Shown here: piece after piece, positions 41,172 through 51,300 of the stretch
Layout: every line of letters begins with the position of its first letter
How positions within the stretch are numbered: the stretch's first letter is position 1
IMG/VR virus record: IMGVR_UViG_3300037089_000656
Span: 1,980 to 65,979 of that record
Direction: 5' to 3' (one strand)
From: a virus
Taxonomy: Duplodnaviria; Caudoviricetes
DNA: 64,000 nt
The notes under the pieces: model-generated
What the model was told of the DNA's origin: nothing
Database searches by the model: none
What the model saw: the letters and a program-made list of their open reading frames with translations, nothing else
Translations under genes and position numbers: made by a program

Positions 41172-41687
41172 GTGTTCTCAAGCACACTCCATATTTTTAT
41201 GAAAATCATACAGGCTTATGAAGGTATAATTCCCGAAAAAGATTTAAAATGTATTGAGAATATTAGGGTTAATAAACCTGGTAATGTCGAATACGAGTTT
41301 ATTAATTCGATTCCTTTTTTAAATAATTACGAAGACCCTAGAATAGCTTCAGATATTTTTAGATTCCAATTACTCAGTGAGCATGATGATCTTCTATGGT
41401 TGGATTGTGATGTTGAAATAGGCAAATTTGGTTGGTATGATTTCATAGAAAAAGATAAACCTTATTTTGCTTCTATTGTTGGCCATGCTGATGTGTGGGC
41501 TATTTACAATAATGGGTTTAAAGATTACTTTAAAAAGTTATTAACTTTGGCGAAAGAGGGTTATTTTTGTTGGTACTGCCCTTATTTAAGACAGAATAGA
41601 GATAGTTACCATCTTATACCTGAAGGGTATTTTAATCACTACTGTTCCTACACACGTTCTAAAAGTAAAAATAACTTTAAAAAATAG
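41172..41687 (+). CDS. DxD glycosyltransferase-like protein (GT32/TcdA-like motif)
   Basis: ASDIFRFQLL...LLWLDCDV. Confidence 0.6.
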   Translation: MFSSTLHIFMKIIQAYEGIIPEKDLKCIENIRVNKPGNVEYEFINSIPFLNNYEDPRIASDIFRFQLLSEHDDLLWLDCDVEIGKFGWYDFIEKDKPYFASIVGHADVWAIYNNGFKDYFKKLLTLAKEGYFCWYCPYLRQNRDSYHLIPEGYFNHYCSYTRSKSKNNFKK

Positions 41688-41718
41688 TGTTCCAGAAGTA
41701 TTATTAATAAGGCTTTAA

Positions 41719-42336
41719 ATGAATCCAAAAATAATAATACCTGTAAGTAATGAAACTGCTTTATGCGATGAGTGCTTAAAGAGCATTGATCTAATGAGGC
41801 TTGAGGGTTATAAGGTTGTAACACCTAAAAATATAAATCCTGCGGTTGGGATGATTTCAGAGATAGATCTGAACTATAAAGCCCATTTATTTATGGACTC
41901 TGATATTGCTGCTACAGTTAAACATATTAAACAACTTGAGAATTCTGGCTATCCTGTTATTTCTGGGGCCTATACTAAGACGGTTGTTAATGGGGAGCTT
42001 GTTGGTAACACTCTTCATAATAATGCTTTTGTGGCGGGGATATGGGGTTCGAGTGTCGGTTTTATAGGAGGTGTCGTTCCCTGTGATCAAGTCGGTATAA
42101 TACCTGTTGATTGGAGTGGCACTGGATTTCTATATGTCGAGACTTGGGTTTTATCTGATATGGTTGAGAAATGTGATGATCCAATTTTTTATTATAAGAC
42201 TATGACGGCACCACATTTGAGGTTCGGTAAAGAGCAGACATCTTATGACTTAGGTTTTGCTATTAATTGTAGGAAAATAGGTGTTCAAATGTACCTTAAT
42301 TGTGATTGTAAAGTAATACATTTGTTTCGAGAATAA
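41719..42336 (+). CDS. GT2-like (GT-A fold) glycosyltransferase
   Basis: LFMDSDI, VISGAY, WSGTGFLYV, YDLGFAINCRKIG...H. Confidence 0.7.
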   Translation: MNPKIIIPVSNETALCDECLKSIDLMRLEGYKVVTPKNINPAVGMISEIDLNYKAHLFMDSDIAATVKHIKQLENSGYPVISGAYTKTVVNGELVGNTLHNNAFVAGIWGSSVGFIGGVVPCDQVGIIPVDWSGTGFLYVETWVLSDMVEKCDDPIFYYKTMTAPHLRFGKEQTSYDLGFAINCRKIGVQMYLNCDCKVIHLFRE

Positions 42337-42361
42337 AATTTAATAGAATAGGAGTTGTGCA

Positions 42362-42859
42362 ATGAAAAAGAAGATATCCCGTAAAGAGTTGCAAATGGTG
42401 TCGGAGATTATCACTTATTATTTACAAGAGATTGAGAAACTTCCTAATAAGCCTAAGCTGCCTTTCGAGTTCTCTTATGGATTAAGCCGTAATGAGTCCC
42501 GAATGGAAGAAGAAGTTAAGGCTGTTAAAGAAAGTTCTAAATGTCTCCAAAATAAAGATTTTAGAGAAAAAGAATATGCTTTGGTTCTGCAGTATTGTGC
42601 TAAAGATGAAAATAACAAGCCTATATCCAAAGATGGCCTGTTTCAATTTAGTGTCGCAAACGCCAATTCATATTATAGTGATTTAAGGAAATTGAAAACG
42701 GAAGAATTTCCTGAGATACTCGAATTTGAAGCATTTCTTACTCAGGAAGTTGAGATAGATTTTTTTCCTGTTAAGTTAACCCCAGATATTTTGAAATTAG
42801 ATGTTACTCCGTCTTGGGTAAAACTTATGTCGAAGTATTTGATTGCTGATGAGGCTTAA
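42362..42859 (+). CDS. hypothetical protein, possible tail-fibre assembly chaperone
   Basis: AGGAG SD; SYGLSRN...YCAKDENNKP...QEVEIDF resembles ORFs that follow phage fibre genes. Confidence 0.5.
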   Translation: MKKKISRKELQMVSEIITYYLQEIEKLPNKPKLPFEFSYGLSRNESRMEEEVKAVKESSKCLQNKDFREKEYALVLQYCAKDENNKPISKDGLFQFSVANANSYYSDLRKLKTEEFPEILEFEAFLTQEVEIDFFPVKLTPDILKLDVTPSWVKLMSKYLIADEA

Positions 42860-42927
42860 AAATATAGGTCATCACCGAACCAGTCTGGAGGCTCCAATAG
42901 GATGACCAATAGCGCGGGAAGATGACC

Positions 42928-44636
42928 TTATTTTTTAGAACAGCTATTGATAAATAAATAGCTTGGTTGAACAACTATTTGTTGCCCTCTATAAAGACGG
43001 CTTTTTGAGTAGCTTACATTAAGATATCGTTTCGACCTAGTGCAAGCCACAAAAAAAGCCGATCTTCTTCTGTGGTATCTAAAGATCTAGAATGTGGCCA
43101 TAGATCTTCCTCTACTCCTACTACGAAGACTCTATCAAATTCAAGACCTTTACTCGCATGTGCAGACATGAGCTTAACGCCATATCCATTATCCTGTTCT
43201 ACAAAGGTACTATTAAGAATAAGATCTTCAATAGTTTTAAAACCTGAGGCCACGTCCAGGAAAGACTCTATCATTGTTAGGTCGGATTCTTTATCGAGCA
43301 TTTTACGGTAATCTGTTCTATACAGTACTTCTTGTATGGCTTCTAATGGGGTTTTATGTTGAATATCATTTAAAAGAGTAATTAAAAATCTAATAGGAGG
43401 CATTTCTAAGGATATTTCTTCGAGATAAGCCCAACCTTCTTGCAATAATTTCTCTTGCTTAGCTTCACCGAATCCTCGTTTAGGGGTATTCACTATTCTT
43501 GCTAAACTTTTTACGTCCGATCGATTTAAGGAAGCCTTACAATAGGCGAGTAAGTCTTTTACTACTTTTCTTTGATAGTAAGCAAGAGCTCCGACAATTT
43601 TATAGGGGATTTTTCTTAGGGCAAAGGCTCTTTCAAATAATAGAGATCTACTATTCACTCTAAAGAGAATAGCTGTATCTTCGTGATTATTCATGGTTAA
43701 TAGGGCCTCTGCAATTTTATTGGCTTCATCTTCTTGGCTGAGGAATTGAGTGAAAGATATTTTTCCTACTGTGTTAGACTTAGGCACCATGGGCTTACCA
43801 AATTGTAGAAATTTATTTGCATGAACTATGATCTCGGGGCATGATCGGTAGTTATAGGTTAGGAACATTGCTTGAGCTTTGTGGTCTTTTATGAATTTAT
43901 CTACATTTTCCGGTTTGGCACCGCGCCAACTATACACTGACTGATTCGTGTCACCTACAGTAAATAGGGTTGACGTGCTTGTTGTGTACATTGAGAGAAT
44001 GATTTTATATTGTAGTGTGGAAGTGTCTTGAAACTCATCTACTAAAATATGGCGCCAAAGGTTAGAATAGTAAGTTTTGCAATCTTCGTGTTGTAGGCAG
44101 TCATGGGCCAAGGTAAGTAAATCATCAAAATCGCAGGCATTGTTTTGTTTTAGTATTTCTTGGTATGTGTTGTAGACTAATAAAAAGTCATCCTCAACAG
44201 GTTTTTCACATTCGGATTTTGCTCGACTGATGATGCTTAGATATTCATAAGGATCTCCTATGAGGTTCCTCGATTTAACAATAGTTTTTATAATAGATAA
44301 TTGTTCGCTGTCATCATAGATTGAAAAAGGTGACTTCAGGTGAGTGTGCTCAACAAATTTTCTGATGATACGCATGCACATGCTGTGTATTGTGCTTACC
44401 TGCATATTGGTTATGTCAGCTTTGATCGCTAAACGATCTTTCATCTCCTTAGCTGCTTTATTGGTAAAGGTGATGGCCAAAATATTTTCTGGTTTTACTC
44501 CAGTCCCTATGAGGTAATGTATTTTGGCTATGAGGCATCGAGTCTTACCGCTTCCGGCCGAGGCATTAAGATAGATCGGTGAAGGGGCAAGAATGGCTTT
44601 GAGCTGTTCGTCGTTTAATCCGTAGTTATTATCCAT
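42928..44636 (-). CDS. uvrD: UvrD/PcrA superfamily 1 helicase with a -1 frameshift at a T7 run near 43051-43057
   Basis: ASAGSGKT, TFTNKAA, VDEFQD, GDTNQSVYSWRG, NYRS, HASKGLEF. Motif VI (VACTRSKRYL) continues in the -1 frame to TAA at 42928-42930. Confidence 0.88.
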
Positions 44637-44691
44637 GTTAAATTATACAGTTTTTGTTTTAATTTCTAAAGTTATTTGAGTATTATTATTT

Positions 44692-46935
44692 ATGCAGTGC
44701 CCAATTTGTAACAATAATATATTTATTCCTTTCAATAAGCTACCTGCTTATAAGATATGCCCTTTCTGTAATTTTTATCTACAAGAAGGTTTTAAGCTTG
44801 GTGATATGATTGCAGGTATTGCGGATAGTGTGAAAGATACTCCTGGAATTGTTATACGCCTACCAAATGTAGATGTTACTGGATTTGAAAAAACATCTTG
44901 TCCTTATATGTTCTCAAATCAAAGTGTGTCTATTTTAGCACTTAAAATGGGTTGGGAGGTATGTAAGGTAGTTAATAGAGACGGTACTGGTTGTACTGAT
45001 TTTAATTTCAGAGTAAAAAGGGGTTCTTCATCTATTTCGGTTTTCATGATAGTGAAAAATGAAGAACAAAATATACTGGATTGCCTGGAGAGTGTAAAAG
45101 GAATAGCTGCTGAACTTATAGTGGTTGATACAGGTTCCACAGATAAGACTAAAGAAGTGGTTTCTAAATACACTGATAATATTTTTGATTTTAATTGGGT
45201 TGATGACTTTTCTGCTGCTCGCAATTTTGCCCTCTCGAAATGTTCGATGGACTGGTGTTTGTGGATGGATGCTGATGATGTTTTGGAGAATCCTGAAGAA
45301 ATACAGTCCTTGTTAAAACAAGAGTTTGATGCTTTTAATTTCAATATTAAATATGGTGGTGAATATTATTGCCATGCACGGCTCTTTAAAAATTTTAAGA
45401 ATATACGTTTTTCAGGTCGTGTGCATGAGTATCCTGTTCTGGGTCCTAGTCTTCGTCTTAAATCTGAGACCCTTGTTAATGTCATACACAAGACAGAGAA
45501 AGCTTGTACGGAAGATCGTTCTGAAAGAAATTATCGAATTTTAAAGAAAGAGACCGAAGAGGGCCCTAATAATTCTAGAGCTTTCTTTTATATGGCAAAT
45601 GCTTTAAAAGAGATGACTAAGTATGATGAGGCAATTAAGACCTATCAACATTATTTGACAATGAATTCCTGGCTGGATGAACGGTGGATGGCTCAAAAGT
45701 ATATTGGTCAGATTTTGGAACGTCAGAAAAAACATGAAGAGGCAATAGAAGCTTTTATACGGGCTATTGAAATAGATGATCGATGGGCTGAGCCTCTTTA
45801 TTACATTGGAGAATGTTATTATTATCTGAATGACTTTAATAAATGTATTGAGTGGATGCTGAAGGCTAAAGATAAGCCAGAACCTTCTTCTCCTTTATGG
45901 AAGGAGAAAATTGTTTATAACGATGGTCCATACCGTTATTTATCCGCCTGTTATAATCGTATGGGTGATAATGAAAAATCCCTGTATTATTGCAAGATTG
46001 CTTCGGAAAAAAGACCTGATGATTTATGGATAAAGCAACGTTGTTCATTTTTAGAGAGTAATCTTAAAGCAGATACCAAAATTATTGAATGCTATCGTCA
46101 GGGAGCTTTAGGTGATTGTTTGATGACGACGGCCGCATTAAGGGGTTTAAAACAGAAATTTCCAGGATGCTTTATTCGGTATATCACTCATCCCCATAGT
46201 CGACAGGTTTTAGAAGGTAATCAATATATTGATGAACTGACTGAGAAACCTGGGGAAAACGCTTCAATGAAGGTGTATTTTTGTTACCCTGATAAGAATT
46301 CGACTCTTAGAGACGAAGGTTATCCAAATAAACCGCTAACTAGGCATATAGTTGAAATTTTTAATGAGTGTGCGGGATTAACTGAAAATGAAATGGCTCT
46401 TGAATGTACTTTGTCTCCTGAAGAAGATCAAATTGGTCAGGATCTAAAAGCTCAATATAAATCATACTTAACAGTGCATACTACCGCTGGGTGGTCTCCT
46501 TATAAGAATTGGTTTGATGATAGATGGCAATTCGTTGTTGAAGAGTTATTTAAAAAAGGATACATGACTCTTCAAATAGGTCATTCAACCGATCCTTTGT
46601 TACCTAACGCTATAGATTTTAGAGGACGTACAGTTAAAGAGGCTGTTTCAGCAATTAAATATGCTGAGGTTCATATGGGAGTAGATAGCTTTTCGAGTCA
46701 CGCTTCTTTTGCTGTTGGTACCCCTGCGGTTATTCTTTATGGGAGCACTTCTCCCGTTGGATCTGGTTATTCTAAAAATATTAATCTTTACCATAATTTA
46801 GACTGCCAGCCATGTTATAAAGAGCATAAATGGTCCAAAGATAATAAGGGCTCATGTGGTTATAATAGAAAATGCATGGATTTAATATCTTCAGATGAAG
46901 TTTTAGCCTCTGTTTTGAAACTCCTTAATAAATAA
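44692..46935 (+). CDS. multidomain glycosyltransferase: GT2 + TPR + GT9
   Basis: MIVKNEE...VDTGSTD...DDFSAARN...WMDADD...GRVHE; TPR helices; RQGALGD...GVDSFSSH...CQPCYK. Confidence 0.9.
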   Translation: MQCPICNNNIFIPFNKLPAYKICPFCNFYLQEGFKLGDMIAGIADSVKDTPGIVIRLPNVDVTGFEKTSCPYMFSNQSVSILALKMGWEVCKVVNRDGTGCTDFNFRVKRGSSSISVFMIVKNEEQNILDCLESVKGIAAELIVVDTGSTDKTKEVVSKYTDNIFDFNWVDDFSAARNFALSKCSMDWCLWMDADDVLENPEEIQSLLKQEFDAFNFNIKYGGEYYCHARLFKNFKNIRFSGRVHEYPVLGPSLRLKSETLVNVIHKTEKACTEDRSERNYRILKKETEEGPNNSRAFFYMANALKEMTKYDEAIKTYQHYLTMNSWLDERWMAQKYIGQILERQKKHEEAIEAFIRAIEIDDRWAEPLYYIGECYYYLNDFNKCIEWMLKAKDKPEPSSPLWKEKIVYNDGPYRYLSACYNRMGDNEKSLYYCKIASEKRPDDLWIKQRCSFLESNLKADTKIIECYRQGALGDCLMTTAALRGLKQKFPGCFIRYITHPHSRQVLEGNQYIDELTEKPGENASMKVYFCYPDKNSTLRDEGYPNKPLTRHIVEIFNECAGLTENEMALECTLSPEEDQIGQDLKAQYKSYLTVHTTAGWSPYKNWFDDRWQFVVEELFKKGYMTLQIGHSTDPLLPNAIDFRGRTVKEAVSAIKYAEVHMGVDSFSSHASFAVGTPAVILYGSTSPVGSGYSKNINLYHNLDCQPCYKEHKWSKDNKGSCGYNRKCMDLISSDEVLASVLKLLNK

Positions 46936-46944
46936 TCTTTTAAT
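46931..46944 (+). promoter_or_regulatory. putative late promoter motif
   Basis: AATAATCTTTTAAT upstream of 46982. Confidence 0.6.
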
Positions 46945-46981
46945 TTATGGATCTAATCATTACTTTTAAAAGGATGATTAG

Positions 46982-48313
46982 ATGGCTCCATCATGGGTCC
47001 AAATTTGTAGTCAACTAGGTTCAGAATCTATTATCTGTGCCATTACTTACGGTGGTAGGTTGTATGCAGGCACAGCAGCACACGGAAATTTATATCGACT
47101 TAATCTGGCTGGTAATGCCTGGGAGCAGGTATGTGCTGAGTTTGGAACTTCTAGTCAGATTTTGTCCCTTGCTGAATATAATGGAAAGTTATATGCAGGT
47201 CCTGCAGGAGGAGCACTTGGAGCTGGGTTGTTACGTCTAAATGATGCAGGAAATGCTTGGCAACAAGTATGTCCAAAGTTCAGTACAGAACTACAAATAG
47301 TTTCACTGTGTGCTTATAATGGTAAGCTTTATGCTGGAACTATTAATCATGCTGATTTGATTAGGCTAAATGATACAAATGATGGATGGGTATCAGTTGT
47401 AGGTCAGTACAACGCCTCCTCTATTTTGCATGTTCTTATTGTTTATAATGGGCATTTATATGGTATTACGAATAAAACAAATGGTGGGGCCCTTCTTCGT
47501 TTAAATGTGACTAATAATGGTTGGGATGTTGTTTGTGATCCGATGTACGGTAATGATAATGCCTGTGGAGCTGCCGTTTTTAATGGCCGTTTATATATAG
47601 GTTGCGTTAAATCTGGTTCGGCTCCTACTGGAGCTTGTGACCTTTTAAAATTAAATGATGCTGGCACGGCTTGTGACCTTGTTTGTCCTCAATATGGTGC
47701 TGAAGGTGCTATCCGTCCCTTTGTATCAAATAATCGATTATATGCAGGTACAGGAAGTCTTACGGCTCCTGGAGGGACTGGACTACTTTTAAGACTGAAT
47801 TTAGCTGGAAATGCTTGGGAACAATTATGCTCTCAATTTGCTTCGGAGACCGTTATCCAGGCCATGGCTGAATATAATGGTAGCCTTTATGGTGGAACTA
47901 GTCCCAGCGGTCTTTTGTTAAAATTTCCTATTTCTACAAGTTCTTTTTCGGACAGCACTGTTGCCGATGGCACTTACACGACATCTTTTATTAATCCTGC
48001 AAGTTTAGTTTCTACAATACAGAGTTCTTCCCCAGATAGCTATTTTGACAGCACTGATAAATTGGGTCAAGTTTATGTCTATTACACTCATCAAGACGGT
48101 CGGCAACAAAAGCGTTTGATACATAATTATGATGGCGCTATTATGCAAGCTCCAGTACACTGGACATCAAATGCTCGTGATGGGACATGGCAAAAGACCA
48201 GTATTGTAGTTTATGATAAAGATGGTGCATACCATGAATTAAGTCGAAGCGTAATAGGTTCTACCGAGGATCTTGATCATACTTCGGGTAATATTTTTTT
48301 AAATGTAGTGTAA
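46982..48313 (+). CDS. beta-propeller repeat protein with shared C-terminal module
   Basis: About seven YNGKLYAG...LLRLNxxxxxWxxVC repeats; C-terminal GTWQKT module. Confidence 0.7.
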   Translation: MAPSWVQICSQLGSESIICAITYGGRLYAGTAAHGNLYRLNLAGNAWEQVCAEFGTSSQILSLAEYNGKLYAGPAGGALGAGLLRLNDAGNAWQQVCPKFSTELQIVSLCAYNGKLYAGTINHADLIRLNDTNDGWVSVVGQYNASSILHVLIVYNGHLYGITNKTNGGALLRLNVTNNGWDVVCDPMYGNDNACGAAVFNGRLYIGCVKSGSAPTGACDLLKLNDAGTACDLVCPQYGAEGAIRPFVSNNRLYAGTGSLTAPGGTGLLLRLNLAGNAWEQLCSQFASETVIQAMAEYNGSLYGGTSPSGLLLKFPISTSSFSDSTVADGTYTTSFINPASLVSTIQSSSPDSYFDSTDKLGQVYVYYTHQDGRQQKRLIHNYDGAIMQAPVHWTSNARDGTWQKTSIVVYDKDGAYHELSRSVIGSTEDLDHTSGNIFLNVV

Positions 48314-48321
48314 GGATTAGC

Positions 48322-51300
48322 ATGAAAAATTTATGGTTGTTGATTTTATTTTTTTCGTTAAATGTGTTTGCAACGAAACATTACATTGATTACTCGACCG
48401 GAGCAGATGGGAGTAATGGTACGTCAACATCTACTCCCTGGGGACATTGCCCTGGTGATAGTGCCTTTACTGGTAGTTTTACTCCAGATGCGGTAAATGG
48501 AGACACGCTATTTTTTAAAGGTGGAGTAACTTATCAGGGGCATATTTACTGTAATTATAACGGAATAAGTGCATCGAAATATTTTACTTATGATGGTAAT
48601 TTATCGGGGTCATGGGGAACAGGACGATCTATACTTGATTGTGGAAATAAGTATCATCAGGGTTTTTATGATAACTCAAATTCTCGTAGTTATATTGCTA
48701 TTTATAATTTCGATGTTCGCAATGTACAACATCAAAATCCTAGTTGGGAAACTCGAGGAATATTTTTTCATGCCGCGAGTACGGGAATAAAAATAGTAAA
48801 TTGCTATGTCCATTATATAGGGAATTGGTCAACCATTAATAGTAGCTGGGGGCAGGATTCTCTTGATGGTTGTGGCATTGCTTTAACATCTCCTACTAAT
48901 GCCAGGATTGAACATAATACTTTTGACACTATAGGTGTTGCAATAGGGTTAAGTGGAGCGATAGGATGCCTTATTGATTCTAATGATGTATCGAGTTGTT
49001 TTTGGGGAATTGAGATGAATGGGGATGCTGGCCCTTGTTATAATGACACAATTCGAAGAAATGTAATACATGATTTGTATATGTTTGATGCTACGGGTTC
49101 GTCTGTAGCTCCATACTGGCAAGGAAAACTTGCTGGTGAAGACCCACATACAGATTTTGTCTTTATAAGGCAAGGGAGTGGCACACACCCTGCCCGAAAT
49201 GTCGTTGAGCAGAATCTTTTCTACAACAATCTCGATTTTGCGAGTACTGTTGGTGGTACGGCCATGATGTTTCTTTCGTATTCGGATTCTAACACAGTAC
49301 GCAACAATGTGTTTATAAACCCTCATTCTTATTATACAATCGAATTTGGCTATGGAAGTTCGTACAATAACATACAAAATAATACGGTATATGCTCCAAG
49401 ATCACTTTGTGGAGCAATTTACTTATATCCCCAGGATGCGGGTAGCCCAACAGAAGGCCCTGGAAATAAAGCTCTTAATAACATATTTTATGTGCCAAAA
49501 ATACTCGAACTAGACTCGGGTAACATGATTGGCGCTCAATTTGACTATAATTATTATTACAGTTCTAATGAGTCTCAAGCCTGGCATAGAACAAGTGCTA
49601 ATTACTATACTTTTGCAGCTTGGAAAACCTATTCCTCACAAGATGCTCACTCTATTTTTAGTAATGATGCTAATAATTTGAAGTTTATTTCGACCACAGG
49701 TTATCCCACAAATTGTACGTCGATGAATTTGAACCTGCAAGGAACCAGTCCAGCTATTAATGTAGGTACAACTATAGCCTCATTTAACGTTGATTATTTA
49801 AATACGTCTCGACCGCAGGGTGCAGCATGGGATATTGGGGCGTATGAATATCAGAATACAGTGACTATTAAAGCGGGTCAGACCTATACGACTCTTTCTG
49901 GTTTAGCAACTGGATACGCAAATAAAGATATGGTCGCAGCGTCGATCGATACTTTTAAAATAGTATGTGATACCAACGATTTAGGTGGGCCTGCCGATTT
50001 TACCGGCTGGAATACTAACTCTACACATGGTGTTAAGATATACCCTTCTGCGGGTCGCAGGCATGCAGGAGTATTTGATGCTACAAAAGCTACGCTTTAT
50101 GGCACAGGATGGTCAGGTTCTCATTTACAAATACCTATAACTAATTTTACCGTTGATGGCCTTCAATTTGCTTTTGCATCTGGAGGGAATACCTATGCAA
50201 TAGAAATTTCATCCGCCGTTGGCAGTAAAAATTATGTCACCAATTGTATTTTTGCGGGTAATGTTAATATGTTTGGTGGCTTGAAGATTGATGCAGCAGT
50301 GTGTAGAGTATGGAATAATATTTTTTACGATTACACTAGTACGGACGGAAGTTCTGGAGGAATACGAGTCGCGTCTTTTGGGCAATCAGATACCCTTTAT
50401 GGTTACAGTAATTCTTTTATTAATTGTTTTGTGGGAATAAATAAGTATGGTTCTTCATTCGCAACCTTTATTAATAATCTTTTGTCTGGTTGCACTACTG
50501 ATATGACCTCTTCGAGTGGGCAAACAAATTTATATTGTGCTTCATCAAATAACAACTCGAAGGGCCTTGATCCTGCTGGAACGGGAAATCGATTCTCTCA
50601 AACATTTACGTTTGTTGCAGGTACAAAAAGCTATTTACTTGCTGGTACTGATGCAGGTGCAAGGAATTTTGGATTGGATTTGAGAGCAGATATACATTTA
50701 CCAGTAACAACTGATATAGTTGGAAATGTTCGAGGTGCAAGTGCTGATATTGGTGCAAGTGAATATGCTGGTGCTGTAACCCTACCCGGCCCTTTATCTT
50801 ATGTTACGAGTCCAGCAGTCTGTACAACCACTGTAGCTTTCTCCCAATCTATCGCAAATGGTGGTGGGGCATGTGATTCTTTTGCTATCACGCCAGTTTT
50901 ATTTGGTGGCCTTTCATTTAATAAAAGTACAGGTGCAATTAGTGGGACTGTCTCAGGTGTAAACGCAAAGGCTGGATTTCTAGTCACTGGCTATAACTCT
51001 GCTGGTACCGCAACATGTTATGATACAATATCTTCAATTCTTAAACCTGCTAGAACATACTACGTTAGAACTGGTGGTAGTGACGCTCACACTGGGCTTG
51101 TTGATAATGATGGTAATGCCAAATTAACTATTCAGGCCGCAGTCAATGCTGCGGGTGTTGGTGATACTGTAGTAATTCACGTAGGTGATTATTCAGCAGC
51201 AGTTCCAACCTTTACTAGTGTTACAGATGGTGTAACCATTAGAGCATATCCAGGTGATTCTGTTAAGACAGCTCGGATACTTATCAATCATAACAGTATA

